A stretch of DNA of 62,929 bases, filler included, from Reclinomonas americana ATCC 50394 (GCA_048213135.1; 15 parts of 15 records of this genome joined end to end with filler, not necessarily neighbours in it); one strand, 5' to 3'; shown: positions 48,762 through 62,804, counted from the whole stretch's first letter. A program made the numbers and translations. The notes: generated from the letters alone by a model not told the origin.

Positions 48762-49892
48762 ATGGCAACCAAGGTGCGCTCGCACACACGCGTGTGAGGG
48801 ATGTGTGTGTGGCTGCTCTATATGTACCTGTCTCATCGTGTGACATAGGTCCTGCAGGGTCACACGCAGGCGGTGAAATGTGTCGCCGTCACCCCTGATA
48901 GTCAATTTATTGTGAGCGGCGACTATGCCGGGTCGGTGCGGGTGTGGTCGCTGGCGACTGGAGACGAAGTGCAACGGTTAGAGGGACACACTGACAAGGT
49001 GATGTCTGTCGCCGTCACTCCCGACGGCCAGCACATCGTAAGCGGCAGTTTTGACAGGACTATTCGCGTGTGGTCCTTGACAGGCAGAGTGGAAGTGAGA
49101 CGGTATGATGAAGCATTCGGAGGAGTGCTATCTGTCGCCGTCACTCCCGATGGTCGACACATCGTGAGTGGGAGTTACGATGGCATGGTATGCGTGTGGT
49201 CACTGGCGAGTGGCGAAGAAGTGCGCCAGTTGGCAAGATGTGCTGGTGCCGTGTGGTCCCTTGCTGTCACTTCCAACGGTCAGTATGTTGTGAGTGGGTG
49301 TTGGGATAACACAGTTCGAGTGTGGTCCTTCGCAAGTGGAGACGAGGTGCGCCGGTTGGAGGGCCACACTGGAATAGTGTGGTCTGTCGCCATCACGTTC
49401 GACGGTCAACACATTGTGAGCGGAGGTCGTGATATGACAGTGCGGGTGTGGTCACTCACGAGTGGAGAAGACCTGCGGCGTTTGGAGGGACACACTGACG
49501 TCGTGCTGTGTGTCGCCCTCACTCCTGATGGGCAGCACGTTGTGAGTGGGGGTATTGACAAGACAGTGCGCGTGTGGTCGCTGGTGAGTGGACAGCAGTT
49601 GCGACGGTTTGAGGGGCACACCGGTGCCGATTGGTCTGTCGTCGTTACTCCCGATGGCCAGCACATCGTGAGGGGGGGTGACGATGAGACGATCCGTGTG
49701 TGGTCTACGCCTCGCGGGCTGGCGCTGCATGAGCTTGCGGACGCACGATCAGCTGTGCTGGCCATCAGCGAGCTGCTTGCTGAAGAGGATGACTGCGACT
49801 GGATCTTGGTCGACGTTGTGCTGCGGTGTTTTGTGTTGGAGGATGCAGAGGTGATTGAAAGCCGTGCGCCTGGATGGTGCTGGTCGGAGTGA
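48762..49892 (+). CDS. 7-blade WD40 protein, type-B tail
   Basis: Exon 1 is 48762-48773 (MATK); exon 2 is 48849-49892 (VLQGHTQ...). The tail ends DCDWILVDVVLRCFVLEDAEVIESRAPGWCWSE*. Confidence 0.88.
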
Positions 49893-50806
49893 GCTGAATG
49901 AATACACGAAGACCGATTGCTGTCACTGTGTGCAACTCTGTCGTGTTAACCGCCACACTGCCTCACACGCGTACTTGCCAAGTGGAGGCAGCCGGAAAGC
50001 AGACACAGATCTGTAAAGTGGGATTGCAACAAGAGTATTCAGAGTACGAGGTTGAGATGAGACAATGAGATGAACAGACACGCGTATTGCTCGGCATTGA
50101 GCGAGTCCTCCCTCATCGACCCCACACACACGCCTTGTGCTTGTGCCCCCATGTCGCTTTGTCATTCAAACGCGGCGTGGATGCCAGCCTGTTGCTCTTG
50201 AAGCAGCGGCCAGTGGTGTCATTTCCGCCTCCCATTCTCACATTGGCACAGCATGAATATAGAGAGCTAACCAAGCGTCGATCCAGATGGCCACCCTTCT
50301 CGTTACACACGCCACGGGGAGGGAGTGCACTTGTCATGTGCACATATTTTTTGCACATGACAACTGGTGTGGCACACGCCACTCACGATCTGCGCTGCCT
50401 CGTTGCTCTCTTTCTGAATCGTGTATTCTCGCCCCTCCAACCGACTCTCGCGCGTGGCTCGGAGGGAGTTGATGCTCATGGCGTGTCGAGTTGAACAGGC
50501 TCGGCATGCATGCATTTGCCGCAACATCTCACTCACATTGCAGGTTGAGAAGGGAGCACCACGACGAGGACGCGGGGAGACAGGAGGCAGTGAGACACAG
50601 ACAGCACCACGAGGCGCACACGCGCAGTCGAGAGAGAAAGAGGTTGTTGATGTTCCGTCCGTCGGATGAATCAGAGTGCTTCACACACACACGCACACAC
50701 ACACANNNNNNNNNNNNNNNNNNNNNNNNNNNNNNNNNNNNNNNNNNNNTTAATTAATTAANNNNNNNNNNNNNNNNNNNNNNNNNNNNNNNNNNNNNNN
50801 NNNNNG

Positions 50807-50810
<4 letters not shown>

Positions 50811-50898
<88 letters not shown>
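50811..50898. repeat. (CA)n microsatellite upstream of a WD40 start codon
   Basis: Pure dinucleotide run. Similar (CT)n/(TG)n runs lie at 58944-59061, 59367-59487 and 60943-60992. Confidence 0.95.
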
Positions 50899-50900
<2 letters not shown>

Positions 50901-50924
50901 CACCACCACCACCACACACGGAGA

Positions 50925-52104
50925 ATGGCAACGAAGGTGTGAATGTGTGCGCACCTTTGCGTGGTCGGTGTCTGTGCGTGCATTCGTGTGCTTGTGCATC
51001 GTGTGCGGTTGTTGTTTGTGTGCTTGTGTGTGCGTGTCTTCGAGTGTTGCTGCTGTACATGCGTCTCATCGCGAGTGGTCGGCACAGATCATTCAGAGTC
51101 GCGCTTCTTCGGTGCGATCAGTCACCTGTACTCCCGACGGCAAGCACATTGTCGGTGGATGTATGGATAAGACAGTGCGAATGTGGTCACTGGCGAGTGG
51201 CGAAGAAGTGCGACGGCTGGTGGGACACACTGGTGGTGTGTTGTCTGTCGCCGTCACCCCTGATGGCCAACATATCGTGAGTGGAGGTGGAGACAACACC
51301 CTACGTGTGTGGTCGCTGGCGAACGGGGAGGAGGTGCTGCGGCTGGAGGGACACACTGGATGGGTGTATTGTGTCGCCGTCACCCCTGATGGCCAGCACA
51401 TTGTCAGCTGCAGCTACGATAACACAGTGAGTGTGTGGTCGCTGGCAAGTGGAGAGGAGGTGCGACGGCTGGAGGGACACACCGATGTGGTGTTTTCTGT
51501 CGCCGTTACTCCCGATGGCCAGCAGATAGTGAGTGGAGGTGGAGACAACACCCTACGTGTGTGGTTGCTGGAGAGTGGGATGGAGGTGCGACGGCTGGAA
51601 GGACACACTGACTGGGTGTGGTCTGTCACCGTCACCCCCGATGGTCAACACGTTGTTAGTGGAAGTGCGGATCGCACCGTGCGGATGTGGTCTCTGGCAA
51701 GTGGCAAGGAGGTGCGACGGTTGGAGGGACACACTGGTGCGGTGTGGCCTGTCGCCGTCTCTCCGGATGGTCAGCACATCGTGAGTGGGAGCGGGGACAG
51801 CTCCATTCGGGTGTGGTCTCTGGAGAGTGGAGAGGAGGTGCGACGGTTGGATGGTCACACTGGATGGGTGTCATCTGTGGCCGTCTCTCCCGATGGTCTC
51901 CACATTGTGAGTGGGGGTGGAGACAGCACCGTGCGAGTGTGGTCAACGCCGCGTGGCCTTGCTCGTTTCGAACTCGACGCTGCGCGCTTGGCCATGCGAG
52001 CTGTGCAGGAGATGCAGGAAGAAGAAGATTCAAGATGTCTTCCAGAGCTGGTTCTGCGCTGCTTCATCGTCGAGGATGCCGAGGTCGTCTCTTTCCGGTG
52101 CTGA
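50925..52104 (+). CDS. 7-blade WD40 protein, type-A tail
   Basis: Exon 1 is 50925-50936 (MATK); exon 2 is 51088-52104. Confidence 0.9.
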
Positions 52105-52192
52105 GTTGGTGAGTCGAAGGGAGGGAAGGTGGCTGCTGGTGATCGTGAGTTTTTTTTCGTGTCTTGCGAGGGAGAATGGGTGGTTGTGCATG

Positions 52193-52350
52193 CACTGGAT
52201 GGGTGTCGTCTGTGGCCGTCTCTCCCGATGGTCTCCACATTGTGAGTGCGGGTGGCATTGACGGGACGATACGAGTGTGGTCCACGTCGCGCGGCCTTGC
52301 TCGCTTCGAACTCGACGCCGCGCGCTTGGCCATGCAGGCTGTGCAGGAGA
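52193..52350 (+). pseudogene. Extra last-blade + tail WD40 fragment directly behind a complete gene (cut by gap)
   Basis: 88 nt after the stop at 52104, the spacer switches to TGWVSSVAVSPDGLHIVSAGGIDGTIRVWSTSRGLARFELDAARLAMQAVQE. This differs in sequence from the preceding gene's last blade. Confidence 0.65.
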
Positions 52351-53921
52351 NNNNNNNNNNNNNNNNNNNNNNNNNNNNNNNNNNNNNNNNNNNNTTAATT
52401 AATTAANNNNNNNNNNNNNNNNNNNNNNNNNNNNNNNNNNNNNNNNNNNNCTTCTCTCCCTTGCAGGATGGTTGTGTGAGCGTCCCTTGGCTTGCTTCTT
52501 GACAAACGCGTGTTGGTATCAGGTGCTGATCGGTGTGTTTGTCAGTGAGACAGAGCAGATTTCTCTCCCCGTCCTCCATTCCTTTGCTCACAGCACACCG
52601 GCATGCAGAGACCATGGAAAGCATGTCGTGGTGATGACAGGCATGATGTGCATTGCCCGTTGCCTGTTGCCTCACTCACTCGGCTCCCCACTCGCATCCC
52701 ACCATGCACTCAGCAGTTCTGTGGCCCTGTACTTCGTGATCTCTCTTTCCTCCTTCCCTCCCACTCACCTCAATTATGCAGGTCGTGCACGTCATGGAGA
52801 GCGTGGCGTGATGGGTGTACACATGTGTGTCGTGATGTGCGACATGGTGGCCTGGTCGGTGGATCGTTTTCAATCCGGCTGGCGAGTCGGAGCGGATCAA
52901 TGATGTGCGCACGTTGGTTGCTGCTGTCACTGTCAAGTGATGATGTTGGTGGCCATGGAAGACTGCAGACGCGTGCTCGGCAATCTACCCATCGTGCGTG
53001 CACATGCGTGTCGTGTTTCCCGATGGGTGGCCTGGTCGGTGGATCGTTCTCGATCCCGGTTGGCAAGTCAGAGCGGATCGATGATGTGCGCTTCTTGGTT
53101 GCTGCCAGGTAATGATACTGGTGGCCATGGGAGACTGCAGACGCGCGCGTGGCGTGGTGCGTACGTGTTCTGCATCTGCGTTGAGGAGTAAGTTGGCGGG
53201 ACTTGAAGATTGACTGACTCAGTTTTGTGCTGGCAAGTGACTCGTCACTGGCATGCGAAGACACGTGGTTCCGTGCCACACAGTGCATGCATGAGACAAT
53301 GCACCGACCGACTGTGAGTGTGATTGAAGGCACGAGGCATTGATTGTGACTTGGGTGAGAGGAGGCGAGCCTCACAACGTTAACACAGCTGCCACTTCAT
53401 CGCTGAGCGGCTGTGCTGGTCGCTCCTCTCCTGTCCCCTGTGACTCTCCTTCTTCGTCGTACCATCATCGTGCCCTCGTCAGCTTCGCTGTGGGCCGATC
53501 CAAGGAGGCTTGAGGTTTCGAAGACCCGCTGCCCATTGGATTCTCGAGTGTGCTGTGCTGTGGCTTCAGCACAGCTGGACCACAGCTGCATATATATATA
53601 TATATATATATGCAAGCAGCCCGACATTCCAATCCTCGTTGGCAGAGAATGCTGGCCGGTCTCGATGTAATGGAGCGCCAACCTCGTGTCACCACCACCA
53701 CCTTGCATGTCCATTCTGCCCATAACGCGAGTCCCATGTCGGTCTTCGAAAGCTCACGCGCATCATCGGAACCGCATCGCTCACACACACCGCATGATGC
53801 GTGGGGTGCTGGTTGCAGCCTGGCGAGGGATGGACGACGTCTCAGAGCAAGGCGGGAGAAGAAAGGCGGGAAACGATGACAATCCTGAGCGAGCAAATCA
53901 CAAACACACACACCACGGAGA

Positions 53922-55096
53922 ATGACAACCAAGGTGTGAATGTGTGCGCACTTTTGCGTGGTTGGTGTATGCGCGTGCATCCGTGTGCTTTAGCATCGTG
54001 TGCGGTTGTTGTTCTTGTGTTGTTATGTTGTCTTTGATTGCTACTGCGTGCGTCTCACTGCGAGTGATCGGCACAGATTATTCAGAGTCCCGCTGCAGTG
54101 CGGTCCGTCACTGTCACTCCCGACGGCAAGCACATTGTCGGTGGGTGCTTGAACAGTACCGTTCGAGTGTGGTCTTTGGCAAGTGGCAAGGAGGTGCGAC
54201 GGCTGGAGGGACACGCTGGCGCGGTGTTCTCTGTCGCCGTCACCCCCAATGGCCAGCAGATAGTGAGTGGGTGTGGAGACTGTACCGTGCGTGTGTGGTC
54301 GCTGGAGAGTGGCGAGGAGGTGCGACGGTTGACGGGTCACTCCCGGGAGGTGTGGTCAGTCGCCGTCACGCCTGATTGTCAGCACGTTGTCAGCGGTGGC
54401 TACGATCAGACAGTGCGAGTGTGGTCACTGGCGAGTGGCGAGGAGGTGCGACGGATTGAAGGACACGCCAACATGGTGTGGTCAGTCGCCGTCACCCCAG
54501 ATGGTCAACACATTTTCAGTGGCGGTGAAGACAACACAGTGCGGTTGTGGTTGCTGGCGAGTGGGGAAGAGGTGCGACGGTTGGCGGGACACACTGGATG
54601 GGTATACGCTGTCGCCGTCACCCCTGATGGACAGCGCATCGTGAGTGGGAGCGGGGACTGCACCGTGCGAGTGTGGTCAGTTACGAGCGGGGAGGAGGTG
54701 AGACGGTTGGAGGGACACACTGCATTTGTACAATCGATCGCCGTCTCTCCCAGCGGTCAGCATATTGTGAGTGGGAGCGAGGACAGCACCATTCGGGTGT
54801 GGTCTTTGGCGAGTGGCGAGGAAGTGCGACGGTTGGAGGGACACACTGGATGGGTGTCATCTGTGGCCGTCTCTCCCGATGGTCAGCACATTGTAAGTGC
54901 GGGTGGCCAAGATAAGACCGTGAGAGTGTGGTCGACGCCGCGTGGCCTTGCTCGCCTCGAACTCGACGCCGCACGCTTGGCCATGTGGGCTGTGCAGGAG
55001 ATGCTGGAGGAGGAAGTAGATTCACGATGCCTTCCCGAGCTGGTTCTGCGCTGTTTCATCGTCGAGGATGCCGAGGTCGTCTGTTTCCGATGCTGA
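53922..55096 (+). CDS. 7-blade WD40 protein, type-A tail
   Basis: Exon 1 is 53922-53933 (MTTK); exon 2 is 54077-55096. Confidence 0.9.
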
Positions 55097-57296
55097 GAAG
55101 GTGAGTTGAGAGAGGGAAGGTGGCTGCTGGTTATTGTGAGTTGTTGTTCGTGACCTGCGAGGGAGAGTGGGTGATCATGCGGGATGCAGGTGGGGGAAGA
55201 GAGATGACAGACGAGAGGAGAGAAGTCGACGTGGATGATGCAGAATTGTTCTCTGTGCTTGTTGCCCTTTCATGTGAATGGGAGTGTGCGGTCGTGAAGC
55301 ATGTCTCCCTCTGCATGCTTGCCTCTTTCTCACCTCCATTTGTGTATGCGAGCGAGATGAATCAATTGGAGTCTGTGATTTCTTTTCCCCTCGTTGTGAT
55401 GTCTGTTGTGCGTGCATCTTTTGTCGCTGATATACGTGCCTCAGGAGAGCGAATCATCGATGATTGTTTCTTCGCGTCTTGCTTTGCGCACCTCCTTGGT
55501 GCCACTTTTCTTCCTCTCATTGTGCCTGTGCGCCGCGGACAGTCTCTTTCCGGCTCTGCAGGATGCATGTCATTCCGCTCTCGAGCCCTCCTTCTCTGTC
55601 CCTTGTAAAGTCTCTCTCTCTCTCTCTCTTTCTCCGCCGTCTCCCTCCTTTGTGCGCTTATCTGCTTCCCCAGCCATCCACCCCTCCTTGCCGCACAAGC
55701 TCGAGGCCGAACATGCTGGTCTGCTCACCGTGTTCCGACTGCCATCGATTGCCAGTCCATCATGGTGAGCATGTCGATGCCGAAGTGGCATGACTGCATG
55801 CTGACTCTGCTCTCTCTCTCTTTCTTTCTTTCTCTCTCTCTCTCTCGTAGGATGGATGTGTGTGCAGAACCGTCCGTCGCCTTGCCTCTTGACAAAACCG
55901 CGTGTTGATATCAGATGCTGATCGGTGTGTTTGTCGTTGAGACAGAGCAGATCTCTCTCTCCTTCCTCCATTCTTCGCTCACAGTGTACCGACATGCAGA
56001 CACCTTGGACACACGTTCTTGTCATCGGCCGTGACGATGGCAGACGTGCTGTGCATCGCCGGTTGTCGGCTATCGCCTCACTAATTCGAATCCCACCCTG
56101 CACGAAGCAGGTGTGTGGACTTGTTCGTCTTGATCACTCTCTCCTCCTTCCCTCCCACTCACCTCAATTATGCAAGCCGTGCACGTCATGGAGAGCGTGG
56201 CTGGGTGGATGTACACATGTGTGTCATGATGGCCTGGTCGGTGGATCGTTTCAATCCCGGCTGGCAAGTCGGAGCGAATCGATGATGTGCGCTCCTTGGT
56301 TGCTGCTGTCCCTGCCGAGTGATGATGCTGGTGGCCATGGAAGACTGCAGACGCGTGCTCGGCAATCTACCCATGGGTGGACACATGCGTGTCGTGTTTC
56401 CCGATGGGTGGCCTGGTCGGTGGATCGTTCTCGATCCCGGTTGGCAAGTCAGAGCGGATCGATGATGTGCGCTTCTTGGTTGCTGCTGTCGCCGCCAAGT
56501 AATGATGGTGATGGCCATGGGAGACTGCAGATGCGCGCGTGGCCTGGTGCGTACGTGTTCTGCATCTGCGTTGAGGAGTAAGTTGGTGAGACTTGGAGGT
56601 TGACTAACTCGATTCTGTGTGACAGGCGTGCTGGCAAGTGACTGGCATGCGAAGACACGTGGTTCCGTACCACACAGTGCCTGCGTGAGACGATTCACCG
56701 GCCGACTGTGAGTGTGATTGAAGGCATGAGGCATTGATTGTGACTTGAGTAAGAGGAGGCGAGTCTCATGACACAGCTGCCACTTCCATCGCTGAGCTGC
56801 TGTTCTGGTCGCTCCTCTCCTATTCCGCGTGGCTCTCGTTCTTCCTTGTACCATTATGGTGCCCTCATCAACCTCGCTGTGGGCCGATCCAAGGAGGTGA
56901 GGTGTCGCTGACTCGCTGCTCATTGGATTCTCGGGAATGCTATGGCATCAGCACAACAGGGCCACGGCTGCGTATCCATGCAGCCCGACATTCCAGTCCT
57001 CACCGTTGATGAAGAATGCTGGTAAGTCGAAAGAGAGTGTCGCTGGACAGCAGCACGGTGCAGCGGAGCACCACCTCGAGCCACCACCCTTGTCCATTCT
57101 GCCTGTTTCCCATCGACAAGTCCCATGTCGGTCTTCAAAAGCCCACACGCATTAACGAAGCCACATTGCTCTCATACTGCTGTATGTTGTGTGGGGTGCT
57201 GGCTGCAGCCTGGCGAGGGATGCGGGACGTCTCGGAGCAAGGCGGGAAACGGTGACAATCCCGAGCGAGCAAATCACACACACACACACTAGGAGA

Positions 57297-58480
57297 ATGG
57301 CAACAAAGGTGTGAATGTGTGCGCACTTTTTGCGTGGTTGGTGTCTGTGCGTGCATTCGTGTGCTTGTGTATCGTGTTGCGGTTGTTGTTTGTGTGCCTG
57401 TGTGTCCGTGGCTTCCAATGTTGCAATGTGTGCCCGTCTCACCGCGAGTGATCGACACAGATCATTCAGAGTCTCGATGTGGTGAGGTCTATCGCCGTCA
57501 CTCCCGACGGCAAGCACATTGTGGGTGGATGTGAGGACAGCACCGTCCGAGTGTGGTCGCTGGCGAGTGGCAAGGAGGTGCGACGGCTGGAGGGGCATGG
57601 AGGTTCTGTGTACTCCGTCGCCGTCACTCCCGATGGCCAACTTATCGTGAGTGGAAGTGGAGACTGTACCGTACGTGTGTGGTCGCTGGCGAGTGGAGAA
57701 GAAGTGCGACGGCTGGAGGGGCACGCCGATGCGGTGATGTCAGTCGCCGTCACCCCCGATGGCCAGCACATCGTGAGTGGGGGCGGGGGCAGCCCCGTGC
57801 GAGTATGGTCGCTGGCGAGTGGAGAGGAGGTGCGACGGCTAGAGGCACACAGTGGATGGATATACTCTGTCGCTGTCACTCCGGATAATCTGCACGTAGT
57901 GAGCGGGAATGGAGAATTTATAGTTAGATTGTGGTCGCTGGCGAATGGCGAGGAGGTGCGACGGCTCGAGGGACACACGGATATGCTTTACTCTGTCTCC
58001 GCCACCCCCGATGGTCAACACGTTGTCAGTGGCAGCTATGATGACACAGTGAGAGTGTGGTCGCTGGCGAGCGGGGAGGAGGTTCGACGGCTGGAAGGAC
58101 ACACTGCATGGGTGTCGTCTGTGGCCGTCACTTCGGATGGTCAGTACGTCGTGAGTGGGAGTGGAGACAGCACCGTGCGGATGTGGTCTCTGGAGAGTGG
58201 AGAGGAAGTGCGACGATTGGAGGAACATGAAGGATGGATATCGTCCGTGGCCGTCTCTCCTGATGGCCAGCACATTGTGAGTGCCGGTGGCCAAGATAAG
58301 ACCGTGCGAGTGTGGTCCACACCGCGTGGCCTTGCTCACCTCGAACTCGACGCCGCGCGCTCGGCCATGCAGACTGTGCAAGAGATGCAGGAGGAAGAAG
58401 TAGATTCTCGATGCCTTCCCGAGCTGGTTCTGCGCTGTTTCATCGTCGAGGATGCCGAGGTCGTCATTTTTCGGTGCTGA
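57297..58480 (+). CDS. 7-blade WD40 protein, type-A tail
   Basis: Exon 1 is 57297-57308 (MATK); exon 2 is 57461-58480. Confidence 0.9.
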
Positions 58481-58940
58481 GTTGGTGAGTCGGAGGGAGA
58501 GAAGGTGGCTGCTGGTGATTGTGAGTTGGTTTTTCGTGTCTTGCGAGGGAGAGTGGTTGATTGTGCGAGACGCGATGAAAGACAGAGAAAGGGAGAGAAG
58601 TCGATGTGGATGATGATGAATTGTTCTCCCGTGATTGTTGCCTTGTCATGTGAATGTGATTGTTGCTCTGTAAGCGTGTCTCTTTCTCACCTCGGTTTGT
58701 GTGTGCAAGCACGACGGGTCGCTTGGAAGGTTTTTGTGTCTTTCTCGTCTCTGTTGTGATGTCTGTTGAGCGTGTATCTTTAGCCGTGCATGTATGTGCC
58801 TCAGGAGAGCGAGTCGCCGATGATTGTTTCCTCGCGTCTTGCTTTGCGCACCTCCTTGGCGCCACTGCCCTTCTTCACATTGTGCATGTGCGCCGCGCCG
58901 CAAACATTTTCCTTCCGTCTCTGAAGATTGCCTGTCATTC

Positions 58941-58986
<46 letters not shown>

Positions 58987-58987
58987 G

Positions 58988-59062
<75 letters not shown>

Positions 59063-59365
59063 GTGTCGTCGTCGTCTTCGTCTCGTCTCGTCTCCGTCTC
59101 GTCTCGTCTCTCTCCTCGTCTCTCGTCTCTCGTCGCACGTCGTACGTCGTACTCNNNNNNNNNNNNNNNNNNNNNNNNNNNNNNNNNNNNNNNNNNNNTT
59201 AATTAATTAANNNNNNNNNNNNNNNNNNNNNNNNNNNNNNNNNNNNNNNNNNNNTCCCGTTCCCGTACCCGTCCGTTACCGTTACGTCGTACGTCGTAGT
59301 CGTCGTCGCCGCCGACCGACTACTTACCTTCCTTCCTTCCGTTCGTACGTACGTACGTCGTCGTC

Positions 59366-59491
<126 letters not shown>

Positions 59492-60941
59492 TACAGAGTC
59501 TCTCTCTTTCCCCACCGTCTCCCGCCCTTGTGAACTCATCTGCTTCCTCTGTCATGTGCCCCCTTCCTGCACTCGTTGAGGCCGAATATGCTGGTCTGTT
59601 CAAGATGCACCGACTGCCATCCTGCTATCGCGCTGAGCACTCCATCATGGTGAGCATTTCGACACCGAAGTGTGTGCGGTGGCATGACTACATGCTGACT
59701 CTCTCTCTCTCTCTCCCTCTCCTTTGCAGGATGGATGTGTGTGCAGAAGCATCCCTCGCCTTGCCTCTTGACCAACCGCGTCTTGGTATCAGCTGCTATG
59801 GTGTGTTTCTCAGTGAGACCGAGCAGATGTCTCTCTTCTTCCTCCATTTCTTTGCTCACATCGCACACACATGCAGGCACCTTGGAAGCACGTGCTCCTC
59901 ATTGTTGTTCCGTGACAATAACTTGCCGGCTGTCATCTCGCCCAGCGGCTCCCCGCTCGCATCCCACCATGCACGAAGCAGGTGTGTGGCATTGTTCGTC
60001 GTGATCTCTCTTTCCTCCGTCCCTCCCACTCACCTCGTTCATGCAGGTCGTGCATGCCATGGAGTGCGTGGTGAGGTCGTGATGTGATATGGTGGCCTGG
60101 ACGGTGGATCGTTGTCAATCCCGGCTGGCAAGTCGGAGCGGATCGATGGTGTGCGCATGTTGGTTGCTGCTCACACTGCCGAGTGACGATGGCGGCGGCC
60201 ATGGGAGACTTTAGACGCATGCTCGGCCAGCAACACAAGGTGCGTGCGTGCTCTGCTCCTTCGTTGAGGAGCAAGTTGGCGAGACTTGGAGGTTGACAGA
60301 CTCCATTCTGAACAGGCATGCTGGCAAGTGATTGGCCACTGGACAACACGTGGTTCCCTGCCTCACAGTACGTGCATGAGACAATTCACCGACCGACTGT
60401 GAGTGTGATTGAAGGGACGAAGCATTGATTGTGATTTGGGTGAGGGAGGCGAGCCTCACGACGCAGCTACCTCTTCCATCGCTGTGCTGCTATGCTGGTC
60501 GCTTTCCTCCTGTCTCCTTGTGGCTCTCTTTCTTCATTGTGCCATCATCAATCTCGCTGTGGGCTGGTTCAAGGAGGCGTGAGGTGTCGATAACTCGGTG
60601 CTCAATGGATTCTCGGGTGCGCGCGCTGTGCTGGGGCATCAGCCAGAGCTGCACATCCAAGCAGCCCGAAATGCCAGTCCTCATTGTTGATAGAGAAAGC
60701 TGGTCAGTCGAAGCTGGGCGTGCACGGTGCAGTGGAGCGCCACCTCGTGTCACCGCATGTCCGTTCTGCCAATTTCGCATAGACGAGTCTCATCCAACAT
60801 GCATCATCCGAGCCACGTTACTCACACACTGCCGGATGCTGTGTGGCATGCTGGCTGCATCCTGGCGAGCGATGGACGACGTCTCAGAGCAAGGCGGGAG
60901 AAGAAAGGCGGGAAACGGTGACAATCCCGAGCGAGCAATCA

Positions 60942-60995
<54 letters not shown>

Positions 60996-61304
60996 CGAGA
61001 ACGACAACGAGGTGTAGTAGTGCGCGCGTCTTACGTTTGGTCGGTTGGTTGGTGTCGTGTCGTACGTACTGTTCGTTNNNNNNNNNNNNNNNNNNNNNNN
61101 NNNNNNNNNNNNNNNNNNNNNTTAATTAATTAANNNNNNNNNNNNNNNNNNNNNNNNNNNNNNNNNNNNNNNNNNNNTCGGCGAATCGATGCATCGATGG
61201 TCCGTCGGATGAATCAGACTCCCCTTACCTACCTATACCCCCCTCTCTCTCCTTCCCTCCGCCCCCCTCCCCCCCTCCCCCTTCCCCTCTCTCCCCCCCT
61301 CCCC

Positions 61305-62445
61305 ATGACATCCAAGGCTCGTGATGCATGCTGCTCATTCGCGATTGTAGCCGCCTCTCACCATTGCCGCTCGCGTGCAGGTCTTGACTGGGCACACCGA
61401 CTATGTGGCCTCCGTCGCCGTCACTCCCGATGGCCAGCACGTCGTGAGTGGCAGCTGGGATAAGACGGTGCGAGTGTGGTCGCTGGCGAGCGGCCTTCAA
61501 GTGCGGCTGTTTGAGGGACACACCTCGTGGGTACAGTCTGTCGCCGTCACCCCCGATGGCCAGCACGTTGTGAGTGGCAGCTACGACAAGTCAGTGCGTA
61601 TGTGGTCACTCGAGAGTGGAAAACAAGTGCGGCAGTTGAATGGACATGCCGAGGCGGTTTGGTCGGTCGCCGTCGCTCCCGACGGCCAGTGCGTGGTGAG
61701 CGGGAGCTGGGATAAGACGGTGCGTGTGTGGCCTCTCGGGAGACGAAGGAGGCAGGTGCAACGATTGGACGGACACACCGGTTGGGTTCTCTCCGTCGCC
61801 GTCACTCACGACAGTCAGTTCGTTGTCAGTGGAAGTGAGGACTGGACCGTGCGAGTGTGGTCACTGGCTAGTGGCGCAGAAGTACAACGGCTGCGAGGAC
61901 ATGTTGATATGATCTATTCTGTCGCCGTCACTCCCGATGGTCAGCACGTTGTGAGTGGGAGTTTGGATCACACGATGCGAGTGTGGTCTCTGTCGAGTGG
62001 CGACGAGGTACGGCGGTGGTCGGCGGTGCACGGTAGAGACGTGACGTGTGTCGTCGTCTCTCCCAGTGGGGAGTTTATCGTGAGTGGCGGCGCAGACGAC
62101 ACTGCGGCAGTGTGGTCGCTGGCGAGCGGAGAAGAGGTACCGGTGCACCGGTTCGAGGGGCACGACGACTGGGTGCGTTCCGTCGCCATCACTCGCGATG
62201 GTCTTCATGTGGTGAGCGGAAGTCGCGACTCGACACTGCGAGTGTGGCGCACGCCGCGCAGGCTAGCCGGGCAGGAGGTTGCGGATGCGCGGTCGGCGGT
62301 GCAGGTTGTGAACGAGCTGCTTGCCGAGGAAGAAGATAATGATGATGACGACTGCGGCTGTGACTGGATCCTCGTCGATGTCGTGCTGCGCTGTTTTGTG
62401 TTGGAGGATGCGGAGGTGATTGAACGTCGAACGCTGCGGTGGTAG
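61305..62445 (+). CDS. 7-blade WD40 protein, divergent type-B tail
   Basis: Exon 1 is 61305-61316 (MTSK). A predicted GC-AG intron (61317-61380) sits at the position homologous to the other copies. Exon 2 is 61381-62445. Confidence 0.85.
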
Positions 62446-62599
62446 TCGTGTGATCACGTGCAACGGGGCACCGCACGCAATCTTGTTAGTGTGCCAGAAG
62501 AGAAGCGAAAGCTGCAGTACTGTAGTACGTACACTGTTTGGTGTACCAACAAACGACGAGGTGTGCCGCCTGTCGAAGAAGATTGCGGCACGCAGCGCC

Positions 62600-62804
62600 T
62601 CATCGACACTCGCAACTCAGAGTGACTTTCGGATCGCCGACATTGTAGGTGGTGCCATCCAGAGCGAACTGCTTGCGAATGGCGGCCGAGTCCTTCTTGC
62701 AATCGTAGTTGCATGAGGGGCACATTTTGAACAGGCGAAGCATGACCGACCCACTCTTGCCGGCGACTGACGCCATGCAGTAGCCGCGCTTGGGGAGGGC
62801 GGCT
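62600..62804 (-). CDS. Probable 3' exon of a Cys-containing hypothetical protein extending beyond the window
   Basis: A cag acceptor near 62803 follows intron-like TG/GA repeats. The frame then reads ALPKRGYCMASVAGK...CPSCNYDCKK...LSCECR*. Confidence 0.35.
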
